From Blastocystis sp. Blastoise (taxonomy: Eukaryota; Protista; Bigyra: Opalinata): a DNA stretch of 64,000 nucleotides. Position 1 is the stretch's first letter, and each line of letters starts with the position of its first letter. Location of the stretch: the NCBI GenBank assembly GCA_039096225.1, contig JBBPEB010000002.1, forward strand, positions 1,178,001-1,242,000, given 5' to 3'. This document shows, in pieces, positions 37,967 to 64,000 of this stretch. A program made the translations under genes and the position numbers. The notes under the pieces were generated by a model. The model was not told where the DNA came from. It ran no database searches and saw only the letters and a list, made by a program, of their open reading frames with translations.

Positions 37967-38062
37967 ATTCAAATTATATTATAAAGGGATGAAATATGGA
38001 GTAATCACTCTATACAAACTATTTAATTCAAAATCACTGAACTATCTCCAAAAAAGTGAATG

Positions 38063-39503
38063 TAGAGATGGGCAAAAGTAGCTACAAGTTTTGTGGCTAC
38101 TTGTAGCTACTTTGTAGCTGAAAATAGCTACCCAAAGTAGCTACAAATTTTCATGATTTTTTCACGGGAGAAAAAAGTGGTTTTTTTGTGTATGATAGAT
38201 ATTATCTCATGAATATGTTGAAGTTATAATATAAAGAGGAAAGCATTTTATATGCCATAGGTAGCCTATTTGAAGTGAAAGAATCCAAAAAAATAAGTTA
38301 GTCTTAACGATATTCAGAATTACAATTGGTAAATCAGAACAACGTTGAATATTGATGATTTAATTGATGATATAAATGTAAATGTTGTAGATAACCACAG
38401 TAGTATATATTAAATCCTAAAAAAGTATTTATAATAAATTGTTACTCTTTAATTACATGTCATTATAGTGAGATACCACCAAAAACATATCACAAAATGC
38501 TTAGATAACTACATTGAAACTATTAAGCCACTTTATATCATAAAATAATAAAACTTTCTATAATAAAAATATAATATTTCGTTATCGCATAGAATTTAAT
38601 TATTTTTCTTATTAAACGTGGTATTTAAAGCAAGTAGATTATTTTTAGTATATCATTTTAAATATTAACATGGTAATGTCACAGTTTTGAAATTATAAAA
38701 CAATTTTCCTGGTTGTGAGTACAATTACATGTAGATTATATAGAATAATATATTAACAAATTATTCAAATTATCTTTTGTGAACAAATAAATAAATGAAT
38801 ATACACAAAAACATTACTTTTAAGCAATAAGAACGATTAGAACGATGATCATAATGGAAATGAATATTTATTTAAAAAATAGCATCTTACTTTCAAGTAA
38901 TAGAAATTAAAAGACAATTTTTTAAATATACAAGACAAATTGAGATATTCTTTATACGAGAAATCACTAAATAAAATTACTACAAATGCATTTGTTTTAA
39001 TTACCTTACAATATATACATATTACTTTGTTCTGTGACCTATGACTGCCTTATTTTGAGTTATATTTGTTCTCTAAATGGAAGACTGTTCCATTTAAGTG
39101 TCATTTGATAAGATTATATTTGTAGTTTATTATCTTTTTCCACATTAAAAATCATTTATGATCAATAACGGTAGAATATGGCAGGGAATACGTAAAACAT
39201 AGGAAGCTATTCAAATTAGCCATACGTATAATCCTTTATTATATATCTTACATTGGTAAGCACAAGTCTGATATAATAATAATGATGTTTTAATTTCTAA
39301 TAGAATAATACTAAAGTAAATGTTGACCAATTATTATGTCCAATTATAAAAATGTTATACTAGAAGTGTAAGAAATAATATAATGAATGTAAAAATATAT
39401 TAAAACTATTTAAAAAATATGTCCTGGCTATTTGGAACAAGAATAAAAATTTTGCACATACTTTTTTTGAAAAAAGAAACTCCATGTACCTTGCCCATCT
39501 CTA
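38063..39503. mobile_element. Non-autonomous/decayed hAT-superfamily DNA transposon, 1441 bp
   Basis: Perfect 13-bp TIR TAGAGATGGGCAA ... TTGCCCATCTCTA; exact 8-bp TSD AGTGAATG at 38055-38062 and 39504-39511; left subterminal cluster of (G)TAGCTAC repeats; no long ORF. Confidence 0.93.
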
Positions 39504-40244
39504 AGTGAATGTGAGGAATTCTTGACACAAATTGTTATACCTATTGTGTATTTTTATTTTTTGCCTTATACTGATCGTATATTCGTGGGGATTTAGTATT
39601 ATTGATAGCCATTAATTAAATATTAACTAATGAACAACCAATGAAAATGATTTGTATTTCAATAGAAAAAAAGCAAAAAAACAAAAAAGAAAAAGAAAAC
39701 GAGAAATATTAATGACACGCATAGGACAGATTTGGTAATTATTTATATATTAGATGTAAAGAAATTCAAAATCACTAAATAATATATATTTATTATAAGA
39801 TGAATAGAGAAATGAAAGATGAAATGAAAATTTGAATGAAAACAAGTTTTTTAAATAGTTTATTACATTTGATTGAGAATAGAAGGACTTTATAAGAGGG
39901 TAACGTTTTTTCCATACATAGATAAGGCTTCCAGCTATACCTGGAACTAGTTCTTTTAGCAATTTGAAAAAATGATTTTTAAAATTATTGTGTACGTGAA
40001 CAAAACACATTGATAGGCATTACAAAAGTTAAATATACAAAAAATATACTTGATTAGAGATAACAAGAAATTACAATAAAAAGTAATATAAATTAAAAAA
40101 AAATAACATATAAAAAAGATAGCAAAAATTATAATTAAAAAAAAAATGAATTAAAATAATAACGACATTAAATCATGTTATAAATATATATACTATAAAA
40201 AATAAAATTGAATATATATATATATATATATGTATTTATGTAGT

Positions 40245-45790
<5,546 letters not shown>

Positions 45791-46518
45791 TTATACAAAA
45801 TCTATGATTTAATGAATAAACTATGTGAAAAAAGAAGGATATTTGGTGAAAAATCAACTTGATTCAGGTTTATAACGAATTTTCTGTTTTAATCGCGAAA
45901 AACCGTATAAATGAAAAACTGTTCTTTCGAACTCTCTTCCTTCTTTTAGATTTCATTTTTGATTGGATAAATTGTGTTTTCGAATTCGTTTTAATTCTAT
46001 TCATTTTTTTCGTTTCTTTCTTTCAGTTCATTCTTTTTGGTTTCTAAATTTATCTTTCAAGTTATATTAATCATGAAATCAGTGTAGATATGTATATCTC
46101 AGAGTATTCAGAGAATTTCAGTAGAATAAATTATTTAAACTAGCTGATTTATTTTGATGAAGGCTAATTTATGTGTTTTAGTCATTCTTGATTACCTTAA
46201 AAACGGCGTTTAATCTTTGTTTGCAAGAAATATTAAAATATATTTAACAATGGATTTATAATATACTTTTATTTGCTTTTTAATGACTTATTTAGTATGC
46301 TAAAGAGTTTATAGTATGTATAAGTTCTAGATTATAATTAATCCAAATGAATTTATTTGTATAAATCTTAATAAACAAAAAAAACAATAAATTTATTTTA
46401 AAAAATATATATATATAATGCAGTATTTACTGAAAATGAATCATAAATAAATTAAATAGAAAAAATTGATGTTAAATAATGATATTAATATGTAAAAAAA
46501 TAATAAGGAGAGACGCTT

Positions 46519-48919
<2,401 letters not shown>

Positions 48920-50266
48920 CTTGTATATATAAAAAGAAGAATGAAATCAAAATTGTTTTCGTTTTCAAAAATGAATATTCGATCGAATCATTTGCTTCAG
49001 AAACACTTTTCTCTTGAGCATTCTCTAAACTGAATGTTTATCTTCTTATCCTAAAATATTTTAATTGAAAAACAAGATGAATAATTGAAGAGACACATAG
49101 TCTATTTGAGAAAGAGAATAAGAAGAGTCAAGAGTCAGTTTTACATTCACTATTGAATACTATTATTCTTTTACAACATTAAACAATAGTCATTGATATG
49201 TCAAAAATGTGATACAAACATATGGATTATTTCCTTTCATGAAAACCATAGCATAATTAAAAACTCGTGACTAACTTTTTTCTATATGACCTAATTATAC
49301 TGATGAATGGTCGATTATGTCCTAGAACACACAAAAGAAATAATTATTAAACATTTCAATGCCAAGCTCATTTACAAAAATAATCATCATTTTTAAGAAT
49401 ATGACTAATGAGTAAAACCTAATCATAGCTTGTTCATTGTATGTCTGTATATCGTAATTCATGCAAATTCCATTCTTAAACTTTTACAATATTTCAAAAA
49501 TGTAACCTTCATACAATCTCTACATATGATAGAACTTTTGTTCCACCTTAATAGCAGCCTTATGAAATATCATCAATATTGATTCAGAGAAAAAATGGGA
49601 AAAACAAAGAATTAAGATTAAAAGACATAATGAGTGTTTTCTTATGAAAACGCGATTATTTGATGTGAAATAGCTCATATATCCATTCTAAACAATCACT
49701 TGGCCATATAAATAGCCATCAGTTACGGAAAGTTAAGTTCTTTGCTCTTCACACCAAACAATGAAGGAATAAAAGAAATAAAAAATATGTAAAACATAAT
49801 ATAAATAATCAGTAGATATTAAAAAACAGAAAAAAAAATGAAAAATCAAATAATATAATATAGATAAGTAAGGAAACTATATGAGGAAAAAAAAGAAAAA
49901 TGAGCACCTTTTTATACCGATGAATATGCCGGCAGTTGATGTGAGAATAATAGATGATTATAAACCACGGGAATATCTTTGAATAGCAAAGAAATTTGAA
50001 AAATGATCAAAATAATTTCGATTGTGATAAAAATGTTTTTTGACTGAAACAATTCCAAATATTCTTTGTTTTTTTTAAATTTAGTAAAGAGTATTTAATA
50101 ATTATATAAATACTAGTTATTTCACATCGATAGATAAGTATTCTATCTATTTTCGTTATATACAAAAGAGAAAGATTTATTAAACAAAGAATCTTTCACT
50201 GATTTGCTGTTCAACCTCGTCGTTTCTTCTTTTAATCTTCTTATATTAACAGATATTTTATTCCCC

Positions 50267-51157
50267 ATGGAAGAAGATACAGATTTTAAAGTAATTTCTC
50301 TGATTGAATAATTTCTATGCCTATATTTATAGACCTGCGACGATTTGTCTCGTTTGTTTTTCTATTCGTATATTCATCTATTTGAATTCTAATTATTCTA
50401 GTAAAAATAATGATAAAAATGGAAAAAACTACGCACTATTTTTGAAAAGAGCACAAATTGCTATATCCTTTTTATGATACAGTTTATAGTTATTAGATTT
50501 TATCAGTATTTCATTTATAGTTTATCTTAATAATTTTACGCAACTTCCCTAATTCAAAAAGGAATTCCTTTTTATGATATTGATGCAATTGAACTTGTTA
50601 TTCTGTAAATATACTAAATATTTATTGTACTATATAAATGAATATAGGAACAACTATGATGAAGAGAAAACCATTAGTCAAATTCTCTCTTTCAATCATT
50701 ATGATTCTTCTAAAGTTTCTACTTATGTTCAATGTATATTGACATTAGAACAAAAACAATTATTTGCATCGTGTATATATATTTTAATTTTTATTAAATA
50801 TTTATGCTTATTATATTATATATTATTAATTCTAGTATTTATGCAATTTCAAGAAGATATGTATGATATATATAAATCATTTAATAATGTATTCTCCATA
50901 TATGATATGCTATTCTATTATTATACAGAGTTCAGATATACTGATGTGTATATATATATGATATTTATTATATATTATATATATTATATTATATATATAG
51001 ATATAAAGAGTGGTATATATTACATTCTTCACATCCGTTACCCTCCGTCATTCCCGCCAGATCAACCCACCAAACAAAAGGAGAAATACGTATATATATA
51101 TGTTATTATTATTATTATTATTATTATGTTTATTATTATTATTATTATTATCATTAC

Positions 51158-51188
<31 letters not shown>

Positions 51189-54100
51189 AATCTATATATA
51201 TATATATATAGCTCCTGTTGTTATTAATAATACTACTATATTAAACATTGGACAATTTGTGAAATTAGATTCAGTATATAATTATTATTATTATATTTAT
51301 AATTATATTATATATATATATATACATATATATAGTTTATTTCGAAAGATATGATTTATTTATATAATTTTAAAAGTGTTACACAACTCCCTTCACAATT
51401 TTACCGCGGGAAACAAATTCATTATTATAGTGAAGTATATATGTAAGCAATAATTTATTCTATCGTTTTTAGATCCTTGCACGTGAGGGTCGTCCAATAT
51501 TTCGTGTTTCTACAGATGAGTCACATGATTCTTACGTTGAGGGAAACACAATGGATGAAGTCTGGACACTATTTTTAAAAGTATATTATACATATTATTA
51601 TACATATTATTATACTTATTATTATACATATTATTATACATATTATTATACATATTATTATACATATTATTATACATATTATTATACATATTATTATACT
51701 TATTATTATACATATTATTATACTTATTATTATATTATTATTATACTTATTATACTTATTATTATACTTATTATTATACTTATTATTATACTTATTATTA
51801 TACTTATTATTATACTTATTATTATACTTATTATTATACTTATTATTATACTTATTATTATACATATTATTATACTTATTATTATATAGAAGAATCATTC
51901 TATTTCTTCTCTATCTTTTATGGCTGGTAGTAATTTATTTGGATATAATATTGATATATTACTATTTATCGAAGAATATATTCCAAAAGATCAACGAGAA
52001 GGGTATATATATATTATTATCTATGTAATAATATATATATATATATATAGATATATACCTGTATCAGAAAGATTATATACTTCAGACTATCTACACTCCA
52101 CACAACGTATATATATATATAATATCAATATATTCTATATAGATAAACGTATTAATAATGATTTGCATTTACATTTCTCTATTCTTCAACCTTTAACTAC
52201 ATTAATGGATTATTCGTGTTTATTTATGTCTCATCATCAACCAATAGAATCATCACAAACTCTCAAAACCCCACAAGCGTCACCCATAGCAATAAAACAT
52301 AAGTCTGTTTCTCTTCCTCCTAATCAATCGTCAGTAATTCTTGAGTCATGTGCTATTCAAAAGATTCCATCGCTTTCCACTATCTCTGAAGAGAATAGTA
52401 TTTCACCAATCCCTCTTTCAGTATCTCCACCTCCTCCTGCTCCTCTCTATAATCGTACCTCTTCCCCAGTTTCCCCAGTTTCTCCAATAGTAGATCTTCC
52501 TCCTCTTCTTCCTCTTCCTCTTGACCTATATATACAATTACATATTGAACCACCTCTTCTCCTTCAACAACCTCCTTATAATTATTCTTTAGAAGAATAT
52601 AATCGTAAAACTAAAGAAAATATTGTTAGTAAAGAAAATGATAAAAATAATACTATTAGTATTAATCAATCATTTATTGATACTATTTTATTAAAATATA
52701 ATAATATGAATAATATGACAAATAATATTGTTTCAAATCATTTTATGTCTTCATCTCAGTCTCAAGTAGATTCCCGTCGGAATCCATCTCTATGTACTTC
52801 AAAACGTATGATGGAGAATGAAGATGAAGATAAAGAATGGCAGTATTTCTTATCTTTAGCAGATGAGAATGAAAAGAAGAGAAATAATAATAATGATAAA
52901 AAGAATAAGAAGTCTAAGAAGAATAAGAATAAAAAAATAAATAATAAAGAAAATGAAAACGATATGTATGTACCTACAACGTTGATACCCTTATTAGCAA
53001 AAGATCAACATAAATATCATACAGTTGGTGCTAAAAGGAAACGTATAATAGGACTTGATGCTGAAGAAGAAAAAGAGGAAAATCAATTGGTTGAACCAAT
53101 TAAATCTAAAGATGACACTCTTTATCATGATAATAATAAGATATCTAACAATAATATTATCTATTCTCCTGATAATAATAATAATGAGATTAATAATGAT
53201 GAGAATAATAATCAATCCTATAATGATGATGATGATGATGATGAATTTGAAGCCGAACTCTTATCAAATAAGAAGAAAATGAAAAAAATAAAAGTATCAA
53301 ATAATAATATTTCAGAAAATAATAATAATAATAATATTTCAGATAATAATAATATAACTTATAATAATAATAATACATTGATGAACGTCAGTACAAACGA
53401 TATTCCTATAAATGCTAGTTATGAGTATACAAATACTGATAATAAATCTACTAATAGGAATGAATCTATAAATACCCGCCAAAGAAAAAGGAGGGAAAGA
53501 AGTTCATTCTCAATGGATTCATATATGTTTGATGATGATGATGATATATATATGAATAAGAAATGGGATAATGATGATGATAATGATGATGATAATGATG
53601 ATGATGATGATGATGATTATAGAGAAGAAGAAGAAATAGTGAAAAAAAATAAGAGACAGTTAAAAGGAGGGAAATCAAGAACTAATAAACAAACTGTATA
53701 TATTTTATATTATATTTGTTTATTATCATATTATATTTGTTCATACTAATTTTCATATTATAATAAATACATGTTTTACATTTATCATAATAATAACAAC
53801 AATATTATATATATAAATATATATATATATATAGATTATTACCTATGATAGTAATGGAAATCGAATGTATTGTTGTCCTTTAAAAACGTGTCCATTTAAA
53901 TCCACAAAAGAAGAAGTTGAAAAACATGTTCTTGAAAAACATCGAAAGAATTTAAAATATAAATGTCCTTATGAAAATTGTCAATATGCAACTTCTTCTT
54001 CGGGTTATTTTCGTGTTCATATACGTACCCATACTGGCTATTCTCCTTATATATGTAAAATAAAAGGATGTAATTATAAAGCAAATCAAGTATCGAATAT

Positions 54101-54572
54101 TATATGTCATTATAGATCAAATCATCCTGATTCTCCTCAATATAAATGTACATTTCCAAATTGTAATTATACAAGTTATTTAGAAAGTAGTTTTCTATAT
54201 CATATGAAAAAACATAATTCAAATACAACTACTATTTATTATTGTATATTATGTCCCTATCATATTAATAATAAACAAGAGTTTATTAATCATTGTAAAA
54301 CTCATTCAAATTATGTATTTACATGTTCAAAGAAAGATTGCTCGTTTAGTACAAATGATTATAGTGAATTAGATAAACATATGATAACACATAAACAAAA
54401 GAAAGAATTTAATTGTTTATATCAAGATTGTCCTTTTTCAACGAATTCTTATGAAAAATTAGAATCACATATGGAAAAATATCATGATTTATTTGATGAT
54501 GATGATGATAATGATGATGATGATAATAATAGCAATAATAGCGATTTCTATTATGAAGAATTATTTTCTTAA
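50267..54572 (+). CDS. Chromatin/transcription protein with FYRN/FYRC-like domains and 7 C-terminal C2H2 zinc fingers
   Basis: YYSEILAREGRPIFRVSTDE...EGNTMDEVWTLFL...AGSNLFGYNIDILLFIEEYIP (FYRC pattern); low-complexity middle; last exon with seven C-x2/4-C...H-x3/4-H fingers including an HTGYSPYIC linker. Confidence 0.78.
50463..50539 (+). other. U12-type AT-AC intron (77 nt)
   Basis: 5' ATATCCTTT (exact minor consensus); branch-like TATCTTAAT ending 8 nt before the intron end, 3' ...TTTTAC; removes an in-frame TGA and joins QIA|ATSLIQ. Confidence 0.9.
51584..51885. repeat. Intronic 12-bp minisatellite (TATAC[A/T]TATTAT)n, ~25 units
   Basis: Tandem array filling intron 51581-51889. Confidence 0.9.
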
Positions 54573-55305
54573 TGAAGTTTATAATGTTTTAATTATCATA
54601 TTACATTTTATTATATATATATATTTGGAATCGTGTATAGATCCTTGTTTTTCTTCTCTTATATTTATACTCATCATATTTTTAGTATATATATTTTATT
54701 GTTTATTTTTCTATTTTTTGTACTTTTTTCTTTTACATTTGTTTATCGTTTCTTCTCTATTCTTTATACACTCTACTTTTTTTATATAAATTAATATACA
54801 CTTTTGCTGTTTTACTGTTTCTATGATTGTTTTTTATCTATTACATGCTGTTTTTTATTTCATCTTATTATTGTTCATGTATTCTATAAGAATGTATGAC
54901 TTTTCGTTCTAATTTTTCTTTTTTCTATTGATTTTATTCCTATTTAGTTATCCAGACATATTTATTTGATTCGTTTCTTTTTGTGATAGACCTAGGCATA
55001 AGTCTCTTTGCACTTTAAACAACTTGAAAATCAGCATGCTTTATAATCTAGCAAAATTAATTTGGAAATTTTTTTATTTCAACAAGTGATTTCCTTATGC
55101 TACTCTCATATAATTTCTTATTCTTTATATGCAATCTAAAAGCACATATACCCTAAAATCGTTTAACAATAACAGAAAAAACATAAAAACGAAAATATAA
55201 TGAATTATCATGATTATAGTTATTAATATACCTAAAAAATAAAAATTTAAAAAAACCCACAATTTTTTGTAGTCTTCTTTTCTTTTCTTTTCTTGAGTTT
55301 ATATT

Positions 55306-59988
<4,683 letters not shown>

Positions 59989-60316
59989 TTAATATATATA
60001 TATTTAAAAGAGCGTTTATATATATAATTCTATTCAATCGTAGTCTTTCTTCTTTTCTTTTCCTTTTATATAATATATATAATATATCTGTTTTCTATTT
60101 CATTAAATAATTGTTATTTAGTTATAGAGTGTATATAATTATTTAATTGAGATATCTATTTTCATTTCTATCTATTTCTCTAGTATTTTTGCTTAGTATT
60201 TTTTATATATACATAATAATACAAAACACATATAAAAAATATTCATAAATACTTAACATTACAATAAATACTTCATAATATATAAATTATATATTTAAAT
60301 AAAGCATTTAAATAAT

Positions 60317-61294
60317 TTAAGCCATAGCAACTGAATTAGCTTGATTAATACCACAAATACCAGCACCTTCTTCAATATATGCAATTTTAGCATATCCATT
60401 TTCACCCCATTCTGTTCCCCAACTATTTCTAATAATAATATATTGAATTCCATTTTCTTTTCCATAACCAACAGCAGCAACACCATGGTCTAAATCCGTT
60501 CCACAATCTTCAGAATCAATAATACCCGAAACATAATGTTGAAAAAGATCAGAATCAGCATCAATACCAACAGAAACAACATGTTCAGAAAGAGCAGCAT
60601 AAAGTTGTTTTCCTTTACCAGAATCAAGAGTTTCATAGTTCTTAATAATAGCAACAGATTTGCATTTAGAAGATTTACATTCTCCATCTTTAGATTCATA
60701 AGGATATTGCTCATCAGAACAAATGCCATGTTCAAGAACATAACGATAAGCTAAAATCATATTACCACCTGAACATCCATGATTTTTAGTATCACAATCA
60801 ATAAGTTGTTGTTCTGATAATGAAAATAAAGTATTGACAGATAAGAAAACAGCAGTTTCAATTGATGCAAGTGCAGAAAAGGCCCAACAAGCTCCACAAG
60901 TACTTTGATCTTTTATTGGATTCACAGCTCCTTTTTCACGCCAGTCGATAGATTCAGGAAGAAATTCAGGTATAGTCTGTTGAATAGATGAAGCTTGTTT
61001 GAAATTTGGTTTAATGTAGCATCCACAGATTTTAGACGACTTGAATTCATCATGAGTCATATCAGCAAAACGAGTAAGACCTAAAGTATAGTGATGATTC
61101 TTAGAATTCTCAGATTCGATGAAATCAAGATTCTTTGAGAAGACAGAAAGACGATATTGATATTCAGATTTAGTGTATTGACGGTTAAATCTCGTTAAAT
61201 AAGAATCAAAATGTGCAGAATAGTAAGCATTTTGATGATTGAGACCTAGAACAGACGTGAATAACAAGAAGATTGCAATCAAGTGATTATTCAT
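60317..61294 (-). CDS. Papain-family (C1A) cathepsin L-like cysteine protease, intronless
   Basis: Signal peptide, I29 prodomain (EYQYRLSVFSKN, GLTRFADMT), QSTCGACWAF, LDHGV, IRNSWG catalytic motifs. Confidence 0.97.
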   Translation of the reverse strand: MNNHLIAIFLLFTSVLGLNHQNAYYSAHFDSYLTRFNRQYTKSEYQYRLSVFSKNLDFIESENSKNHHYTLGLTRFADMTHDEFKSSKICGCYIKPNFKQASSIQQTIPEFLPESIDWREKGAVNPIKDQSTCGACWAFSALASIETAVFLSVNTLFSLSEQQLIDCDTKNHGCSGGNMILAYRYVLEHGICSDEQYPYESKDGECKSSKCKSVAIIKNYETLDSGKGKQLYAALSEHVVSVGIDADSDLFQHYVSGIIDSEDCGTDLDHGVAAVGYGKENGIQYIIIRNSWGTEWGENGYAKIAYIEEGAGICGINQANSVAMA

Positions 61295-61660
61295 TGATTT
61301 ATATTATTTGAAAGATAATGAAACAACAAAGAAATAGAAGACAAAAATAGAGAGACTGTTGAAAGATATGATTTTTTCAAATTTCATTGAGTTCTTATTT
61401 TCATGGGAAATAGTGTTTTTCTTTAAAGTCTGTCTTTTTCTTTTATTTATTGAAAAATAAGAGATAGTGACATGTTTTGAAGGCAATGATGAATAATGAT
61501 TCTATCTGTATATCTAAAGATTTAGATAAATGACAGAAAAAAGTGAATTCGTGTTATAAATGTGTTAAAATCAGTTTTATATGCTTATTTGTATTCATGA
61601 ATAGTATCTATATTTTATGAATGTGAACAAAACATATACAATTAACATAAAAGCAATATA

Positions 61661-62341
61661 TTACACATAAAAGACAGATGGATTTGAATTTTTTTCATTA
61701 TTTGTTTGTAGAGAATTGTCAGTATCCAAAGAGAGATTCAAAGATTCTATAGGTGTAGATGGAGTTAATTCTGAATTGCATTTGAAAAAAGGACTATGAA
61801 GAATAGGATCATAGCTATCATTCGGAGTATTGTTGAAATCTGAAAGAGGTGAATGAGTAGAGATTGTTGTTGTTCTATTAGTATTTCGTAAAGGCGAAGA
61901 AGAGACGGTGTTTTTATGAGAATCCACCATTCGTTCTCTTGTGAAGATGAGGGATTTAGAGGTACTTTTCGTGAGGGATCTAGAGGGACTATTTGTGTTT
62001 GTTATCGTTGTATTTGGAATTGACTTAATTGGAGTTTGATGGAGATCATTTGAGTTAATCTTTGTTTTGTTGACAAGTGATGATGAAGAAGAAGGAGAAG
62101 TTTGTGATTCAGAAGAATTCAGATTAATTAAGTTCTGTAAAGAAATAGAATCGTTAATACTAATTAGACTAGGCAGAGAAGATGAAGATGAAGATGAATC
62201 ATCAGAATTGTCAGATAATGTATATTTAATTTGATTGGCTGATAATAGTGACGCATCCATTGTTGTAACAGCTTGTTCTTTTGATTGAAGAGTCACAGGG
62301 GATGTAGAATATATTTGAGATAATGTTTCTTCATCAATCTA

Positions 62342-62381
<40 letters not shown>

Positions 62382-62441
62382 CATCTTCAATATTATTAGG
62401 AGTAACAGGTGTAGCAGGAGTTAAAGGAGATAAATAGGGAG

Positions 62442-62491
<50 letters not shown>

Positions 62492-62845
62492 GTCTTGAAT
62501 TTTATGAACTGTTTTTAAATGACGTCGTCGATATCTATCTTCTTTAAAGGTTACATTACAACCTTGAATCGGACATATATATAGTACTTCTATATATATA
62601 TATTTTATATACATCTATATATATATATATATATATACCTTGAAAATGTTTCATTTTCATATGTTTGTTATAGTATACATATAAAGGAATATATTAATAT
62701 ATATTAATATTCATAATATATATATATATATAAATAAAGGATATCTCTTCTTTATTCGGTAGTTTTGCCTTACATATATTACACGTATATTTATGTTCTT
62801 CATTTACGTGTACAATTAAGAAAAGTATATATATATAATAAAAGT

Positions 62846-62882
<37 letters not shown>

Positions 62883-63830
62883 AAAGTTATAAATATATAT
62901 ATATAAATGATATATGTTGTCTAAGAAGAGATGCAGAAATAGTTTCAAATGAACAACCATCAATGTGACATTGAAAACTACCTATATAAATATATATATA
63001 TAACTATAAATTCTTATTAATGAGAATCAAACCCATATAATAAATACATTATACTATATATATATACACTATACAATAACTATATATATACCTTTATGAA
63101 TAAGTAAATGATCATTCAGTCGTTTCCGATTCATAAATCGTTTCCCACATCCCGAAATAGGACATAAAATAGGCTTGATTCCCGTGTGAATCTATAATAT
63201 AAATATATATATATATATACTATACAAGTATATTATTCATAATATACTAAATAAAAAAAAATGAATATATATAGTAATACCATATAATAGTATAATATAA
63301 TATATATAATATATACAAAGAGATGGCTTTCTAATTGGTTACGTTTATGAAATATCTCGTTACAAAAATCGCAGGTATATCCATTCATGTGAATGGATAA
63401 CGAATCAGATTCATCTTTGTGAGTTTTGATATGTCGTTGTAAGTTATATTCTGTATTAAATCTATAGCAAATAGTATTAAAGTAATTTTGAAAATAAGTA
63501 CTTTTTCTTGCAATCTTCTACAGGACATACATATTCCATGTCAGTATTATGTCTAAACATATATAAATGAAATATAAAATACATATAAACTCATGATTAT
63601 AAGTAAGAATAAAAGAAACAATAAAATACGTTTGCATGTGTCTTGTGAGATGATCTTTTCTTCCATAAGCCTTACCGCACCCTTCTACAGGACATATAAA
63701 TGATTTCTATATCATATAATAGCTATTCTAAGATTATAAAATGTACTTCATGTGTATGTTGAAGAATATGTCTGTCTAATTTTGCCTTATTCTTAAAAGA
63801 TTTAGAACAGTAACTGCATTGATAATTCAT
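61661..63830 (-). CDS. TFIIIA-like C2H2 zinc-finger protein (8 fingers plus Ser/Thr-rich tail, 11 exons)
   Basis: [48 protein letters not shown]..., fingers CPVEDC, CDFC, CPISGC, CHIDGC, CNIC, CPIQGC. Confidence 0.85.
62673..62744 (-). other. U12-type AT-AC intron (72 nt)
   Basis: 5' ATATCCTTT; branch-like TTCCTTTAT then ATGTATAC; splicing gives C-KAKLPNKEE|YNK-H, the exact 12-residue C2H2 spacing. Confidence 0.93.
62808..62913 (-). other. U12-type AT-AC intron (106 nt)
   Basis: 5' ATATCATTT; branch-like TTTCTTAAT then TGTACAC; no AG in the intron; splicing gives RQH|VNEEH (H-x4-H). Confidence 0.88.
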
Positions 63831-64000
63831 TTCTGAAGTATTTCATTCAAAAACAAAAAATATTTGAATTTTTTATTTATTTTATTTTTTTTTTATTTTT
63901 ATATTGTTAATCCCAACTACCTAAATCTAAAATTAAAAAAAAATATTTTTTAGGTTCCTTTGAGTAATATACACAACATTTATACTATCTTATAAGTCTT

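Noticed and set aside
51584-51885. CRISPR-like array
   Set aside because: Head-to-tail 12-mers without unique spacers, inside a eukaryotic intron.

Overview
Eukaryotic, extremely AT-rich, intron-dense, microsatellite-laden genomic DNA read with the standard code. The gene content and the large Ig/galactose-binding surface protein suggest an anaerobic gut stramenopile of the Blastocystis lineage (inference, not proven). By manual splicing I reconstruct 16 protein genes: PMS2, RPL13A, borealin-like, a lipoyl-less PDH E3-binding protein, EDC4, an SLC13/DASS transporter, a C2-like Pro-rich protein, a hypothetical protein, a ~1630-aa surface protein, an SLC26 transporter, a Patched/NPC1-like protein, a PhoD phosphatase, an FYR + C2H2 protein, an importin-7/8-like protein, a papain-family protease and a TFIIIA-like zinc-finger protein. 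There are also 2 tRNAs, one nested antisense in a PMS2 intron, and two non-autonomous hAT-type transposons with TIRs and exact 8-bp TSDs. Most ORFs in the supplied track are microsatellite artefacts. Main surprises: (1) three clear and one probable U12-type AT-AC introns, two of them consecutive in one gene; (2) about nine further introns that cannot be GT-AG if conserved protein motifs are kept, where the deviant bases nearly always copy the spliced mRNA junction (relaxed splicing, cDNA-templated conversion, or an RNA-seq polishing artefact); (3) a strongly over-represented GC-rich quasi-palindrome, ATTCCCGYGGGAAT, spread over exons, introns and intergenic DNA.
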